Shown here: positions 14,288 to 28,352 of the stretch, one piece after another | Position numbering within the stretch: position 1 is the stretch's first letter | Layout: the number at the start of each line of letters is the position of its first letter | Assembly: GCA_951406725.2 (NCBI GenBank) | Contig: OX597838.1 | Coordinates: 25,668,001-25,732,000, forward strand | Length of the DNA: 64,000 bases | Source: Octopus vulgaris | Taxonomy: Eukaryota | Direction: 5' to 3' | Made by a program: the position numbers and the translations under genes | The notes under the pieces: generated by a model | What the model was told of the DNA's origin: nothing | What the model saw: only the letters and a program-made list of their open reading frames with translations | The model's database searches: none

Positions 14288-16733
14288 TGCGTGAGTCATC
14301 TAAGAGACCATAAGTCAGGAAGAAGATGCGCTTGTATATCTGTCAATAGAGTGGGCATATTATTCGAAATGTACAGTATTATATGTATTTCTTTATTGTG
14401 AAAAATGTATTTATGTCCATCACAGCTGATCTTACCAATCAGTTTTGCGCTAGGAATACAATGGAGTGTTAGGTCACAATCTGAATATATAACCTGCTCC
14501 TGTGGGGATGGGGTGTGTAGTATGTGTAGTGGTGTCATACATAATTTTTTCCAGGGGCGTAGGTATATAGTTGCATTTGTTGGTCTGTTTTCCTTCTGTA
14601 TTGGTTAAGGTCATGGGGGTCTTCTATGTTAGCATGCGGTGTGTAATGTGTGAATGGGAGGGGTTTATATGTGTGAAGGGATATATGTTGGGGGTGGTGG
14701 GAGTCTGTTTTGTGGCGTGACCACTTTATATAGGGGTGTGCGTGTGTGTACACGCGTGTACTGCTGTGTGCTTTGGTCAAACTCTTTGCCAGGCCCAAGG
14801 GCATTGTTGGAAGGTCAAGGCTGGGGACTTGTGGTTGCAGTCATGGTGGGGTACGCAGGTACAATAGGATGTACTTCCTTTCATGTGGGCAAGGATTAAA
14901 CACCTCACTCCTGCTATTCAGGTAAATATCTAGGCGTTGAGTACCCTTTAAAATTGCTCTCTTTTCAGCCAGGCACAACCTGCACTTCCTGTTGCTATTG
15001 AAGTATGGTTTGCATTTTTTATTTTTATGAAACACTAATATGAAGGGCCTTTGGGCAAATCAATAATCCATAAGAAAATGTATATTAAGTGGTGGTGACC
15101 GTCGAGAGTGAGGGGTGAGCAGTACAGATTACAGGTGCAATGAGAAAGTTGAGACAGAGTCCCATTACCTCAGTCATGTTGGCCACAAAGTCCTTATCTC
15201 CCATCCTGGACCTGGCAGCATAGGCAAACTTGAATGCCTCAATCATACGATGGTAGGCAGTGGCCTTGTCCTTGTTGGCGACTTTGTTTATGGTGTAGTT
15301 GTAACCTAAAAGAAACAAAGAAAATGTTGATGCATGTGAATTAATACACGCACACACACACACACACAATTGTTTTAATGTCCATTTTCCCATACTTACA
15401 AAGATCATGAATGATTCACTGGACTAAGTTTTCTTTGACCAGGTACTCTTCCTGTTGCTAACCCCCACCTGTTACCAAGCAAGGTAATACTTTCCCCTTA
15501 ACCAGACATGTTTTCATAGAAGAGTGCAAACAAAGACACAGAAATACATGCCCGCCTGCCCACCCCACTCACTCATTCACTCACTCACTCATAGGAAGGG
15601 AATTCTTTTCAGCTTCTGCCATCAAAATTTGGGAAACTGCTTGCATGAAGGTGACACTCATTTACAATTATCGCATGCTGTCATGTCAAGCCAAGAACAA
15701 TACCAGATACGCACACGTGTGAGTGTGTGTGTCTGTGTGTAAGACATGCTTCTTTGAATCTCTACCAAGTTCTCTGACAAGGCTTCAGTTAGCCTGAGGC
15801 TATAGCAGAAAATACTTGCTCAGAGCCATGCAGTAGGACTGAACCCAAAACCATGTGGTTGGGAAGCAAACTTCTTACCACACAGCTGCACCTACATGTG
15901 CATGAGTGCATGCATGTAGAGATGGGGTTAGTGATAATGATGGTACAATGCCTAAAATTTTTGGGGAAGGAGCTAGTTGATTATATTGACCCACCCCTCC
16001 AGTGCTCAACTGGCACCTATTTTATTGGTCCCCAAAAGAATGAAAGGCAAGGTTGGTCTCAATGGAATTTGAACCTGGAATGTAAAGATGAAATGCTGCT
16101 AAGCAATTTTGCTTGGTGTGCTAATGATTCTGCCGGCTCACCATCTTAATAATGGTTATATTAATGGTTTCAAATTTTGGCACAAGGCCAGCAATTTCAG
16201 GAGATGGGGTAAGTTGGTTACATTGACCCCAATACTCAACTGGTACTTATTTTATTGACCCCAAGAGGATGAAAGGTTAAGTCAATTTTGGCAGAATAAT
16301 AATGGTGATAGTAATCCTTTCTACTATAGGCACAAGACCTGAAGTTTTATGGGGAGGAGGCTAGTCGATTCCATCAACCCCAGTGTATAACTGGTACTTA
16401 TTTTATCAACCCCAAAAGGATTAAAGGCCAAGTCAACCTTGGTGGAATTTGAACTCAAAGCATAATGACGGATGAAGTGCCGCTAAGCATTTTGCCCAGT
16501 GTGCTAACGATTCTGCTGGTTCACCACCTTAATAATGGTGATGATAAAGTATCATTGATGGAGGCGTAGGAGTGGCTGTGTGGTAAGTAGCTTCCTTACA
16601 AACCACATGGTTCCGGGTTCAGTCCCACTGCATGGCACCTTGGGCAAGTGTCTTCTACTATAGCCTCAGGCCAACCAAAGCCTTGTGAGTGGATTTGGTA
16701 GGTGGAAACTGAAAGAAGACTGTTGTATATATG

Positions 16734-16788
<55 letters not shown>

Positions 16789-17656
16789 CTGTGTTTGTCC
16801 CCCGTACATTGCTTGACAACCGATGCTAGTGTGTTTATGTCCCCGTAACTTAGCAGTTCAGCAAATAAGACTGATAGAATAAGTACTAGGCTTACAAAGA
16901 ATAAGTCCTGGGGGTCGATTTGCTCGACTAAAAGCAGTGCTCCAGCATGGCCACAGTCAAATGACTGAAACAAGTAAAAGAGTGAAAAAATATTGCATTC
17001 ACTACATTGAAATAGTCACTCTCTCTCTCTCTCTCTCTCATTCTTTATCTATCTTTCTCTTGTCTCACCAGAAAGTCAGTCCACTTACCATCGAGGATAT
17101 TCAAAATATAGAGCAGTACTGGTCCACTGGACGGCAGTCGGGTGGAATAGATCGAGTGGCCACTGGAAAAAGTAAAACTGACAGCATCCTCTACTCGGGC
17201 TTTGTAATTTTTCAAATCTTCTAATGTGATGTTGCCACCTGTTTATAGAAAAAAGTCAAAAAAATAAATGCGAAACATAGCAGGAAAAACTTTAGGAAAT
17301 ATCCATGTGTGTGTGTCTCTGTGTGTGCACATGCACAGAGTGGTTGGTGTTAGGAAGGGCATCCAGCTGTAGAGCGACATTGTTGCCAGTGCCGCTTGAC
17401 TGGCTCCTGTGCAAGTGGTACGTAAAAGGCACCATTTGAGCATGGCCGTTGCCAGTACCACCTGAGTGGCCCTTGTGCCGGTAGCACATAAAAGCACACA
17501 CTACACTCTCGGAGTGTTTGGCATTAGGAAGGGCATCAAGCTGTAGAAACTCTGCCAGATCAAGATTGGAGCCTGGTGCAGCCATCTGGTTTGCCAGTCC
17601 TCAGTCAAACTGTCCAACCCATGCTAACATGGAAAGTGGACGTTAAATGATGACAA

Positions 17657-17711
<55 letters not shown>

Positions 17712-17765
17712 CACACACAAAAACACATGCACATATATACATGCATACTCATACACACACATATA

Positions 17766-17822
<57 letters not shown>

Positions 17823-20800
17823 ACACACACCACATAGGTATATACTGTGGTGTTGTACTAAAACAACATTTTTTTTAATGAGAATAGCAGACAGGAAAGC
17901 TATTGTAGGTGCAGATGTCAAGAGGTTGTATAACACCTTAAGGCTCTGCATATTTCACACATAGAATCGAGCTGCTTGTGACGACATACTCCCTGTTTTT
18001 ATAATGTTTAACAGGTTCAGACAGGTTTTTAATTTGGTACTACAACCCTTAATAAGGTGGAAGAACAGTGGGCTGGCGGTGGTGCGAGACATGTCTACCG
18101 ATCTCTCATTGTTTATTTATGAATGTGTCTGTGTGTGAGTGTGTGTATAAACACTGCAGCTGTGGGTGTGTGGTAAGAAGCTCGCCTCCCAACCACATGG
18201 TTGCAGGTTCAGTCATGCTGAATCTCCCTGAGAAACTACATTAACGGTGCATGTGCTTGTGGAGTACTCAGCCACTTGCCCTTTACTCTTTTACTTGTTT
18301 CAGTCATTTGACTGCGGCCATGCTGGAGCACCGCCTTTTTTTTTAATCGAGCAACTCGACCCTGGGACTTATTCTTTGTAAGCCCAGTACTTATTCTATC
18401 GGTCTCTTTTGCCGAACTGCTAAGTGACGGTGACGTAAACACACCAGCATCGGTTGTCAAGTGATGTTGGGGGGACAAACACAGACACAAACATACATGC
18501 ACACACACATACACATACATATATACGACGGGCTTCTTTCAGTTTCCATCTACCAAATCCGCTCACAAGGCTTTGGTCGGCCCAAGGCTATTGTAGAAGA
18601 CACTTGCCCAAGGTGCCACGCAGTGGGACTGAACCCGGAACCATGTGGTTGGCTTACCACACAGCCACTCCTGCACATCAATTTCACAAGCAGGCCGTTC
18701 CATTGACTGTATCAGCTTGGGCTCTTACTAACACCTTAATCTTAGTTAGGTTTATTTTGAAGCCTTTGGATTACTATAGATTCAATTGTAACAGCTCGAC
18801 CATCACCATAATAAGTATAATTCAGACCAACTAACCGCCGTCTTTAATGTCAGCCACTATGTCCTTCGACAATTTGCTGTCGTAGAAAGCATCCACGCCA
18901 CCTTCTGCAATCTTCTCAAGTGTGTCTCCAAGTTTCGGGTTTTTTATTATCTCCCCTGCTTTGAACCAGTTATTCGTCTCGTTGTTCCACAGAAAATTCC
19001 TGATTAAAAGATAAAAAGACATTTATATATAAAACATGCATGCTTTTGAGCAAAACAGTGATGATGTTGACTTTCCTGTTGGCATTATGACCAGTTGCTC
19101 TGCACTTTCTAAGACTTTCAAACAAAAAATCCCTTGCGTGGCACCTTGGGCAAGTGTCTTCTACTATAGCCTCGGGCCGACCAAAGCTTCTTGAGTGGAT
19201 TTGGTAGACAGAAACTGAAAGAAGCCCATCATATATATGTATATATATATATATGTATGTATGTGCGTGTTTGTGTGTCTGTGTTTGTCCCCCCAACATC
19301 GCTTGACAACCGATGCTGGTGTGTTTACGTCCCCCGTAACTTAGCTGTCCGGCAAAAAAGAGACCGATAAAATAAGTACTAGGCTTACAAAGACTAAGTC
19401 CTGGGGTCGATTTGATTGACTAAAGGCGGTGCTCCAGCATGGCCACAGTCACATGACTGAAACAAGTAAACGAGTAAAAAATAAAAATAAAAAAGTATTT
19501 GAAAATCAGGTAAAGATTAGTGACAGGAAAAACAACCAACTCTGAAATCCTGTCACACAGACAAACATGTATGTGTATAAAGATGCAAATGCATTAATTT
19601 AGGGAAGGTTCTGGAACCTTCTCTATGCTAGATCTGGAACTCACAGTGGTTTAACAACAGAGACTGTTAGAATAAGGACTATGCTTAAAAAATAAGTCCT
19701 GGGGTTTGAGTTGTTTGACTAGAAAAACCTTCAAGGTGGTGCCCCAGCTTGGCCGCAACCAAATGACTGAAATAAGTAACACTCCTCCTGTTAGCAATAT
19801 ATAGGGTGCAACTCAGCACCGATAACCAGCTGGTGGACGATCTGCCTGGAGTTAACCTGATAGTAGTATGGAATAACCACTTTAATGTGGTGATTAACTT
19901 TACTTGTTAGTATAGTTACTACTCTGATCTCTTGAGATTTTACAACTAGCTAGAATATATATGATACAGATAAGGAACAGGATAGTTTTATACTGTTCCT
20001 GCTATTCTAGCAGCATTTCTGCATTTGAGAATAAATTATTTCCTTATCTGTATCTTACAATACATCTCAACGCTTCTAAAAGCAAACATTGTTTGTTTCC
20101 ATTTATTGTAACTTGAATATGTAAAAAGCACCATCCGATCGTGGCCGTTGCCAGCCTGGCCTGGCCCCCGTGCTGGTGGCATGTAAAAAGCACCCACTAC
20201 ACTCACGGAGTGGTTGGCGTTAGGAAGGGCATCCAGCCGTAGAAACATTGCCAGATCAGACTGGGCCTGGTGCAGCCTTCTGGCTTCCCAGACCCCAGTT
20301 GAACCGTCCAACCCATGCTAGCATGGAAAGCGGATGCTAAATGATGATGATGATGATATATATATATATATATTAATGGTTGTTTTTATATTCAGTTATA
20401 ATAAAACTAATTTTACCTTAATATGAAGGGTTACTCTATACTTTTGTAAAGTACAAATTTATTATTCTTAAACAAGGATATTATTGACAGTAACTTTGAA
20501 GTTTCAGCCAGCTAAGTTATCCTATGTATATACAATAGGCTTCTTTCAGTTTCTGTCTACCAAATTTGCTCACAAGGCTCACTTGCCTAATGTGCCACGT
20601 AGCAGAACTGAATCTGAAACCACGTGGTTGAAAAGCACACTTCTGACCACAAAGTCTTTCCTAGGAGAATAGGTTTTGCACTATAGAATTCTACATCACA
20701 GCATGATGTAAATGCAGGAATGCAACATACCTGCATTTAGGAATGCAACATTCCAGTAATACAGGCTGATATTGAAATATTACACATTAATTAAAAATTT

Positions 20801-21385
20801 AAAACATCAAACATTTTTTTTTCTTATTTTCTTGTTTTTGTTTCTTAAAAGAAATTCATTGTAAGAGCAAGCATGGCTGTGCATCTAAGAAACTTGCCTT
20901 GCAACCACATGGTTCTGGGTTCAGTCCAACTGCATGGTACCTTCGGCAAGTGTCTTCTGCTATAGCCCCAGGTTAACCGATGCTTTGTTAGTGAATCTAG
21001 TAAATGGAAACTGTTGTGTGTGTGTGTCTCAAAGTACGTGTAAAGCTATATGTAATATGTAAAAATTTTGTTGGAAAATAGAAAATGACTTTTTCTATTT
21101 AAAAAGGGTTCTTTTGAACTCAATATTCACAGATTATTATTTGTAGTTTTATATGTGTTTCAAGATACACTATTCTGAAAGAGAATTATTTCATGTTCTC
21201 TTGAAAATTTATAAAATTTCAACAATATATGGTAATATGTGTGGTAAGAAGCTTGCTTCCTAACCATATGGTTCTTGGTTCAGTCCCACTGCATGGCACC
21301 TTGGGCAAGTGTCTTCTATTACAGCCTCCAGCCAACCAAAGCCTTGTGAGTGGATTTGGTAGATGGAAACTGAAAGAAGCCTGTC

Positions 21386-21419
<34 letters not shown>

Positions 21420-21606
21420 GTGTGTGTGCTTGTGTGTATGTTTGTCTCCTCCACCATCGCTTGACAACTGATGTTGGTGTATTTATATCCCTGCAACTTA
21501 TCAGTTTGGCAAAAGAGACTGATAGAAAAGTCCTGCAATTTCTTTGACTAAAAAGGTGGTGCTCCAGCATGGCGACAGTCAAATGACTGAAACAAAAGAA
21601 TAAAAG

Positions 21607-21647
<41 letters not shown>

Positions 21648-22317
21648 TCATCATCGTTTATATATATATATATATAAATTTGTGTGTGTGTGGGTCTTTG
21701 TGCCAGTGTTTGTCTTCCACATCTCTTGACAACTAGTATTGGTTTGTTTATGTCCCCATAACCTGGCAATTTGTCAAAAGAGACCAATAGAAAAAGTACC
21801 TAACTCAAAAAAATACTGCCTTCAAGGCAGTACCCCAGCATCGCCACAGTCCAAAAAATTAAAACAGTTAAAAAATAAAAGATAAAGGATTACCGTAATT
21901 CTGTAAAATTCTGAAGATAGTCTTTGATTCTATTTAGGGATTTCACAGTGTCAGGAGACACTGGGTAACCTTCACGACACATTTTTATTGCAGGCTGAAA
22001 CAGGACCTTCCAATCCAGTTTACCATATCGCTGGTGTGCCTCCCATAATCCACTTATTTCACCTGGTACAGCAATGGCAAGGCCACCTGTTAGAGACAGA
22101 AGATATGAAATCAGTCAGTTGTATGAGGGGTAGCTGAAAAGTTCCTGGTTTTAAGGGTGTTGCGAAAGGCCTGACTGGAGGCCTAACCTTCCAAGTTCTT
22201 TTACTGAAGGGCCACTACAATAAGTGTGTGAATCTGAGAGGGGAATGCATTGAATAAAATCATACTTAACTGATACTTCTGTACTTTCTTTTACCAAAAG
22301 CCAAGAACTTTTCAGTT

Positions 22318-22361
<44 letters not shown>

Positions 22362-23013
22362 CTTGTGTATATATGTGTGTGTGTATGATTGTATATATAT
22401 ATATATATGTGTGTGTGTATGTATGCTTCTACACACACACACGCACGCACGCACACACGCACACAAGGGGGTGCTGAAAAGTTCCTGGCTTTAAGGGTAT
22501 TATGAAAGGCCTAGTTAGAGGCCCAACATTCTGAGTTCTTCTACAGGGCTACGGAAAACTGAAGGACCATTGTAATAAGTGGGTGAATCTGAGAGGGAAA
22601 TATGTTCAATGAAATTGTATTAAATAAATGACAGCAAATGAGCAGGCTATCTTTAACCCTTTAGTATTTAAACTGGCCATAACCAGTTTAATGTTAAAAT
22701 TGGCCAGATCTGACATCTCGCACATACCCTATAATGCCATTCTAAAAATAAGCGACTGCATTTATTGGAATCTCAAAATTACAAGATGATGAATTAATTC
22801 ATTCAAAGCAATGTGGATAAATAAGCATTATACTTGACAGAGGCGCAGGAGTGGCTGTGTGGTAAGTAGCTTGCTTACCAACCACATGGTTCCGGGTTCA
22901 GTCCCACTGCATGGCATCTTGGGCAAGTGTCTTCTGCTATAGCCTCGGGCCGACCAATGCCTTGTGAGTGGATTTGGTAGACGGAAACTGAAAGAAGCCT
23001 GTCTAACATATGT

Positions 23014-23057
<44 letters not shown>

Positions 23058-26000
23058 ATATATGTTTGTGTGTCTGTGTTTGTCCCCCCACCATCGCTTG
23101 AAAACCGATGCTGGTGTGTTTACGTCCCCGTCACTTAGCGGTTCGGCAAAAAGAGCCGGATAGAATAAGTACTGGGCTTACAAAGAATAAGTTCCGGCGT
23201 CGATTTTCTCGACTAAAGGTGGTGCTCCAGCATGGCCGCAGTCAAATGACTGAAACAAGTAAAAGAGTAAAAGAGTAAAGAGTGATCTGAAAGGGAAAGG
23301 GTTGTTAGACAATTGTGATACACTACATTGACAGCCTGTTCCTTGGTCCCTTCCTGAGCAGTATCTGATCCTTACTACCATCACCATGACTAATGCTATG
23401 ATGGACCGTGAAGTCTGGCGTAGCATGGTAAATTCCATTGTCTCGATCACGGTCGAACAATGATGATGACCATGACTACTTGTTTTAGACCCGGAGTGAA
23501 GCACACACTCATGTATGTGCATGCAGAAATATATACATACAGAGAGAGGGGGAGGAGAGAGAAAGGGAGAGAGAGAGACATACATAAATGCAAACATAAC
23601 TAGATGCTCATACACATAAACAGAGAGAGAGAGGGTGGTAGGTAAAGAGAGAGAGAGGAGGGAAGAGAGACACATTACATACATATATAAACATAACTAC
23701 ATGTTTACACACATAAACACAGAGAGAGAAAAGAGAGAGAGAGGAGGGAGAGACATTACACATACATAATACAGACATAGCTAGATGTTCACACAGAGAA
23801 CGAGAGAGAGAGAAGAAGGGAGACTGAAAGAGACATTGAAATGAGAGAAAGGCTAAAAACACCACGAGCCAAATAAGTTGGTGTCGGGTAAGCCATGCCA
23901 AATAAGCAACGCCAAAATACCTCATAACCTTTGCTCAATGGTTGTAGTTGATTGTTATGCAAATATAGAAAGTCTGACTGTGCGAGCCAGTGGGTTATTA
24001 CCATATCGAGAAGAAGCTCCATGATCATACATATCCTCTGTAGCAAATCCTGGTGCAACCTCTCGTCCAAGTATGGATGTGAAATTCTTATCTTTCCTGT
24101 TCCAGATAGATAGAGAGATATATAATAATAATAATAATGATAATAATAATAATAATAATAATTTGTCTTGGTATAAAAGATGGGCTACAGCAAATATTCT
24201 GCTCAATACCACAGATTTGGTTGTCAGTTGTTTGATCGTAACCAGTTGACTATATCCCTTAGTGGCTGACGATATGTGCATCTCTGACCACAAGCAGAAG
24301 TAGTGGGGGAGCATCATAGCCGTGTGTTGAAAGGAATTCTTGGAGGTTTGGATAATTCACCTTTGGAAACATGGGTGGTTCATTCAACATCCTTAAACAA
24401 TCCTTATTCAGGGACCTTTTGAGCAGGATGGGCTACTCGACCAGAGGAAAATTCTAACTGGGCTCTACCTGCAAGGTCATGTGCTGTTTATCTTGATATG
24501 AGATCACCATGTCGCGCACATTTGGTTGTGATGCATGTTCCTGGTGTACCCTTATCAGACGGGTAGTCATGATGGGTATGCTGGGGTTCGTATATTTTAC
24601 CCCAGTGTCACTTTGATTGCATGCACTGCTCTCATTCAATAATAATAATAATGATGATTAGAAAATTACTATTTTTAAATCTCACAATGTGAGATATTCA
24701 GCAACAGTACTTTGTAGTAAAGATTGTTTGCCAACATAACATGGGGCTAAATTACAGCAACATTAGTCCTAAACCAGGACTGTCATGTTATGCTGGCAAA
24801 CAATCTTTACTATAAAAATAATGCTAATTACTAATGATACTGATGGTCACTTCTGTCGTTTTCGACATTTGAGTGTTTGCAGGAAAGGATTTAAAGTGAA
24901 AAAAAAATTAGGAAATGATAAAAATGTAAGGAAAAGAAAACAAACAAGTGTAAAAGTAAAAAGGAACAAACAAAAGAAGCTGCATCTATTTGTGGTGGAT
25001 GTGTGAATGTAATAATAATGATGATGATGATTTCAAATTTTGGCACAAGAAGCACAATTTCGGCGGTGGCGGGGTGGGGGCTCAATTACATCAACACCAG
25101 TACTCTACTGCTACTTATTTTATCGACCCTGAAAGGATGAAAGGCAAAGTTAACCCTAGCAGAATGTAAAAATGGACAATATGCTGCTAACAATTTCCCC
25201 AGTTTGCCACCTTAAATAATAATAATAATAATGCCCTGATGCAGTACCAGGCAGTGGCTCTCGTGGCTTCCGATCTTTAACTGATTGGAAGTGTCATCAT
25301 GTACATTGTTTTTTCTTGGTATAAAAGATGGGCTACAGCAAATATTCTGCTCAATACCACAGATTTGCTTGTCAGTTGTTTGACCTTAACCAGTTGAGCA
25401 TGTCCCTTAGTGGCTGACGATATGTGCATCTCTGACCATGAGCAGAAGTAGTGGGAGAGCATCATAGCCATGTGTTGAGAGGGATTCTTTGGGATTTGAA
25501 TAATTCACTTCTGGAAACATGGGTGTTTCGTTCAACATCCTTAAACAACCCTTATTCAGAGACCTTTTGAGTGGGATGGGTTACTCGAACAGAAGAAAAT
25601 TCTAACTGGGCCCCACTTGCAAGGCCATGTGCTGTTTATCTTGATAGGAGATCACCATGATGCACACATTTGGTCATGATGCATGTGCCTAGTACACCAC
25701 TTAGCATTTTGCCCAGCATGCTAATGATTCTGCTAGTTCGCTTCCTTCCACAAATGATAATAGTAATGGTTTCAAATTTTACCACAAGGGCAGCAATTTT
25801 GGGGAAGTGGATGAGCCAATTACATTGACCCCAGTGTTTCACTGGTGCTTAATTTATTGACCCCAAAAGGATGAAAGGAAAAGTTGATCTTGGTGGAATT
25901 TGAACACAGAACATAGCAGCCAATGAAATACCACTAAGTATTTCGCCTGGCATGCTAATGATTCCGCCAGCTTGTTGCTTTGATAATAATAATGAGAATG

Positions 26001-26678
26001 ATGATGATTTCTGTTGAGGCAAGTGAAATCGAAATTGAAATCAAATTCGATGACTGGCATCCATGCTAGTCGAGCGCTAAGAGTACCATACGAGTATGAT
26101 TGTTGCCAGAGCAACAAGCGGGCCTCCGTGCCGGTGGCACATAAACACCATTCAAGCATGATCATTACCTGCGTTGCCTTACTGGCACTTGTGCTGGTGG
26201 CATGTGAAAAAATATTTGAGCGAGGTCGTTGCCAGTGCCGCTGGACTGGCTCCTGTGCAGGTGGCACATAAAAAGCACCATTTGAGCGTGGCTGTTGCCA
26301 GATGATGATGATGAAGATGAATAAAAGTGGATGTTAAATAATGATAATGATACAGACATGGTTTAATCATCGGAGATCTGCTGATTAATAGCTAACAAAA
26401 AATAAAACTACAATAGAAACAGCGGAGATTTACCTTATATAGATTGTCATCACATGACCTCCACCAATTCCACAACTCTGGAAATTAATTAAACCAACAC
26501 ATAAGATGGTGGCAATGGCAGCATCAACAGCACTTCCATTTTTTCTGAGAATTTCTCTGGAAATCAGGAATTACAAGAAATGGAGAACAAATGGTTAAAA
26601 TATGTTTGTGTGGAGCTGAATGTAAATGAGATACAGGCTACAATTATAACTGCAAGAATATCTATGAATATATATGTG

Positions 26679-26709
<31 letters not shown>

Positions 26710-28275
26710 CAATAATACAGTGATTGTTTCTTATCAGGAACAAAATGTTTAATAGGACTGCTATAGAAGTGCTCAATTAAATGAGACAAATATATCAAAC
26801 TAAGGTTACAGAACAAACAAATGCAAGGTCATCCACATAACATTTCATATCTCGAACATTTAATCATAGAATATACATTTATGACATCACGGAAGATGAA
26901 ACATAACTCATCTGTACAAGCATATAAGAAAGTGCGAGAAAAATGTGTGAATACAGTTCATCACGGTTAATGCTAATACTTTAGTAATTAAGAAATATAT
27001 ATTTTTAAAAAAACATTACAACACCTAGAAAACATTACAACACATTACAACACATATATATATATGTGTGTGTGTATATATACGAGGGCTGATCAATAAG
27101 TATACAGACAGTTGCCATACTAATGAAACTGAAGCCGCTTGGCAAAGATTGACCTTGAACTCTGCTGTGCATGTGCACTAAGTTTTAACGTTCTAGCTCC
27201 CTTCCACTATTCATAGCGGTGCTTCAAATGAAGGTGTGTGTGATGTGTGATCATCGCATTGACTATGACAGAGAAATTTGTCATGGCGATACTTGCTTAG
27301 GGGCTGCAAAGTTGCAGAAAATGTATGGTGAGGAGTGTATGGGCCACACACAAGTGTACAAGCGATTCAGACGTTTCTTAGATGGCTGTAAAAATGTCAA
27401 TATTGATGAAGGTTTTGGGAGACCCACAATCAGCAGAACCATGAAAAACATTGCAGATGTGCTTGCAGCTGTGAGGGGAAATTGTCAAATCACTATCCAT
27501 GAGTTATCAGAGGATGTGCAGATTAGTTATGGTTCAGTTCAGTCCATTATCATTGAAGATTTGAATATGAGATGTGTGTCTGCCAAGTTTATGACAAAAC
27601 TGCTTTCAGCTGACTGAAAAAACACTTGGGTTTCAGTTGCACAAGATCTTGATTGTGTTGAGAACTATGAAATCTTTTTGTAAAATTTGCGTAGGCCTCT
27701 GAACAGGTATCACCAAGCTTTTGGCAAAATTTGATGTACATTCTCTGCTCAACTTTCTCTGTCATGGTCAATGTGATCACACACTACACACGTTCCTTCG
27801 AAGTATTGCTGTAAACAGCAGAAGTGAGCTAGAATGTTAAAACATAGTGTGTATGCACAGTAGAGTTCAAGCTCAATTTGTGCCTAGCGGCTTTACTCTG
27901 TGTGCTTTAGCTTCATTAGTATGGCAGAAACGTTAGCACGCCGGACGAAACACTTAGTGGTATTTCGTCTGCCATTACGTTCTGAGTTCAAATTCTGCCG
28001 AGGTCGACTTTGCCTTTCGTCCTCTCGGGGTCAATAAATTAAGTACCAGTTACGCACTGGGGTCGATGTAATCGACTTAATCTGTTTGTCTGTCCTTGTT
28101 TGTCCCTTCTGTGTGGAGCCCCTTGCGGGCAGTAAAGAAATAAGAATCAATATCGCTCAAGTATTGTTGTCCCAATTTAAGAATCACGCAGGCGCATAAC
28201 ACTCACACGAAAATATATTATTTCTTCGAAGAATAACAGTCTGGATACTTGTTAATCAGCCCACGTATGGACATG

Positions 28276-28306
<31 letters not shown>

Positions 28307-28318
28307 ACGTATATGTCC

Positions 28319-28352
<34 letters not shown>

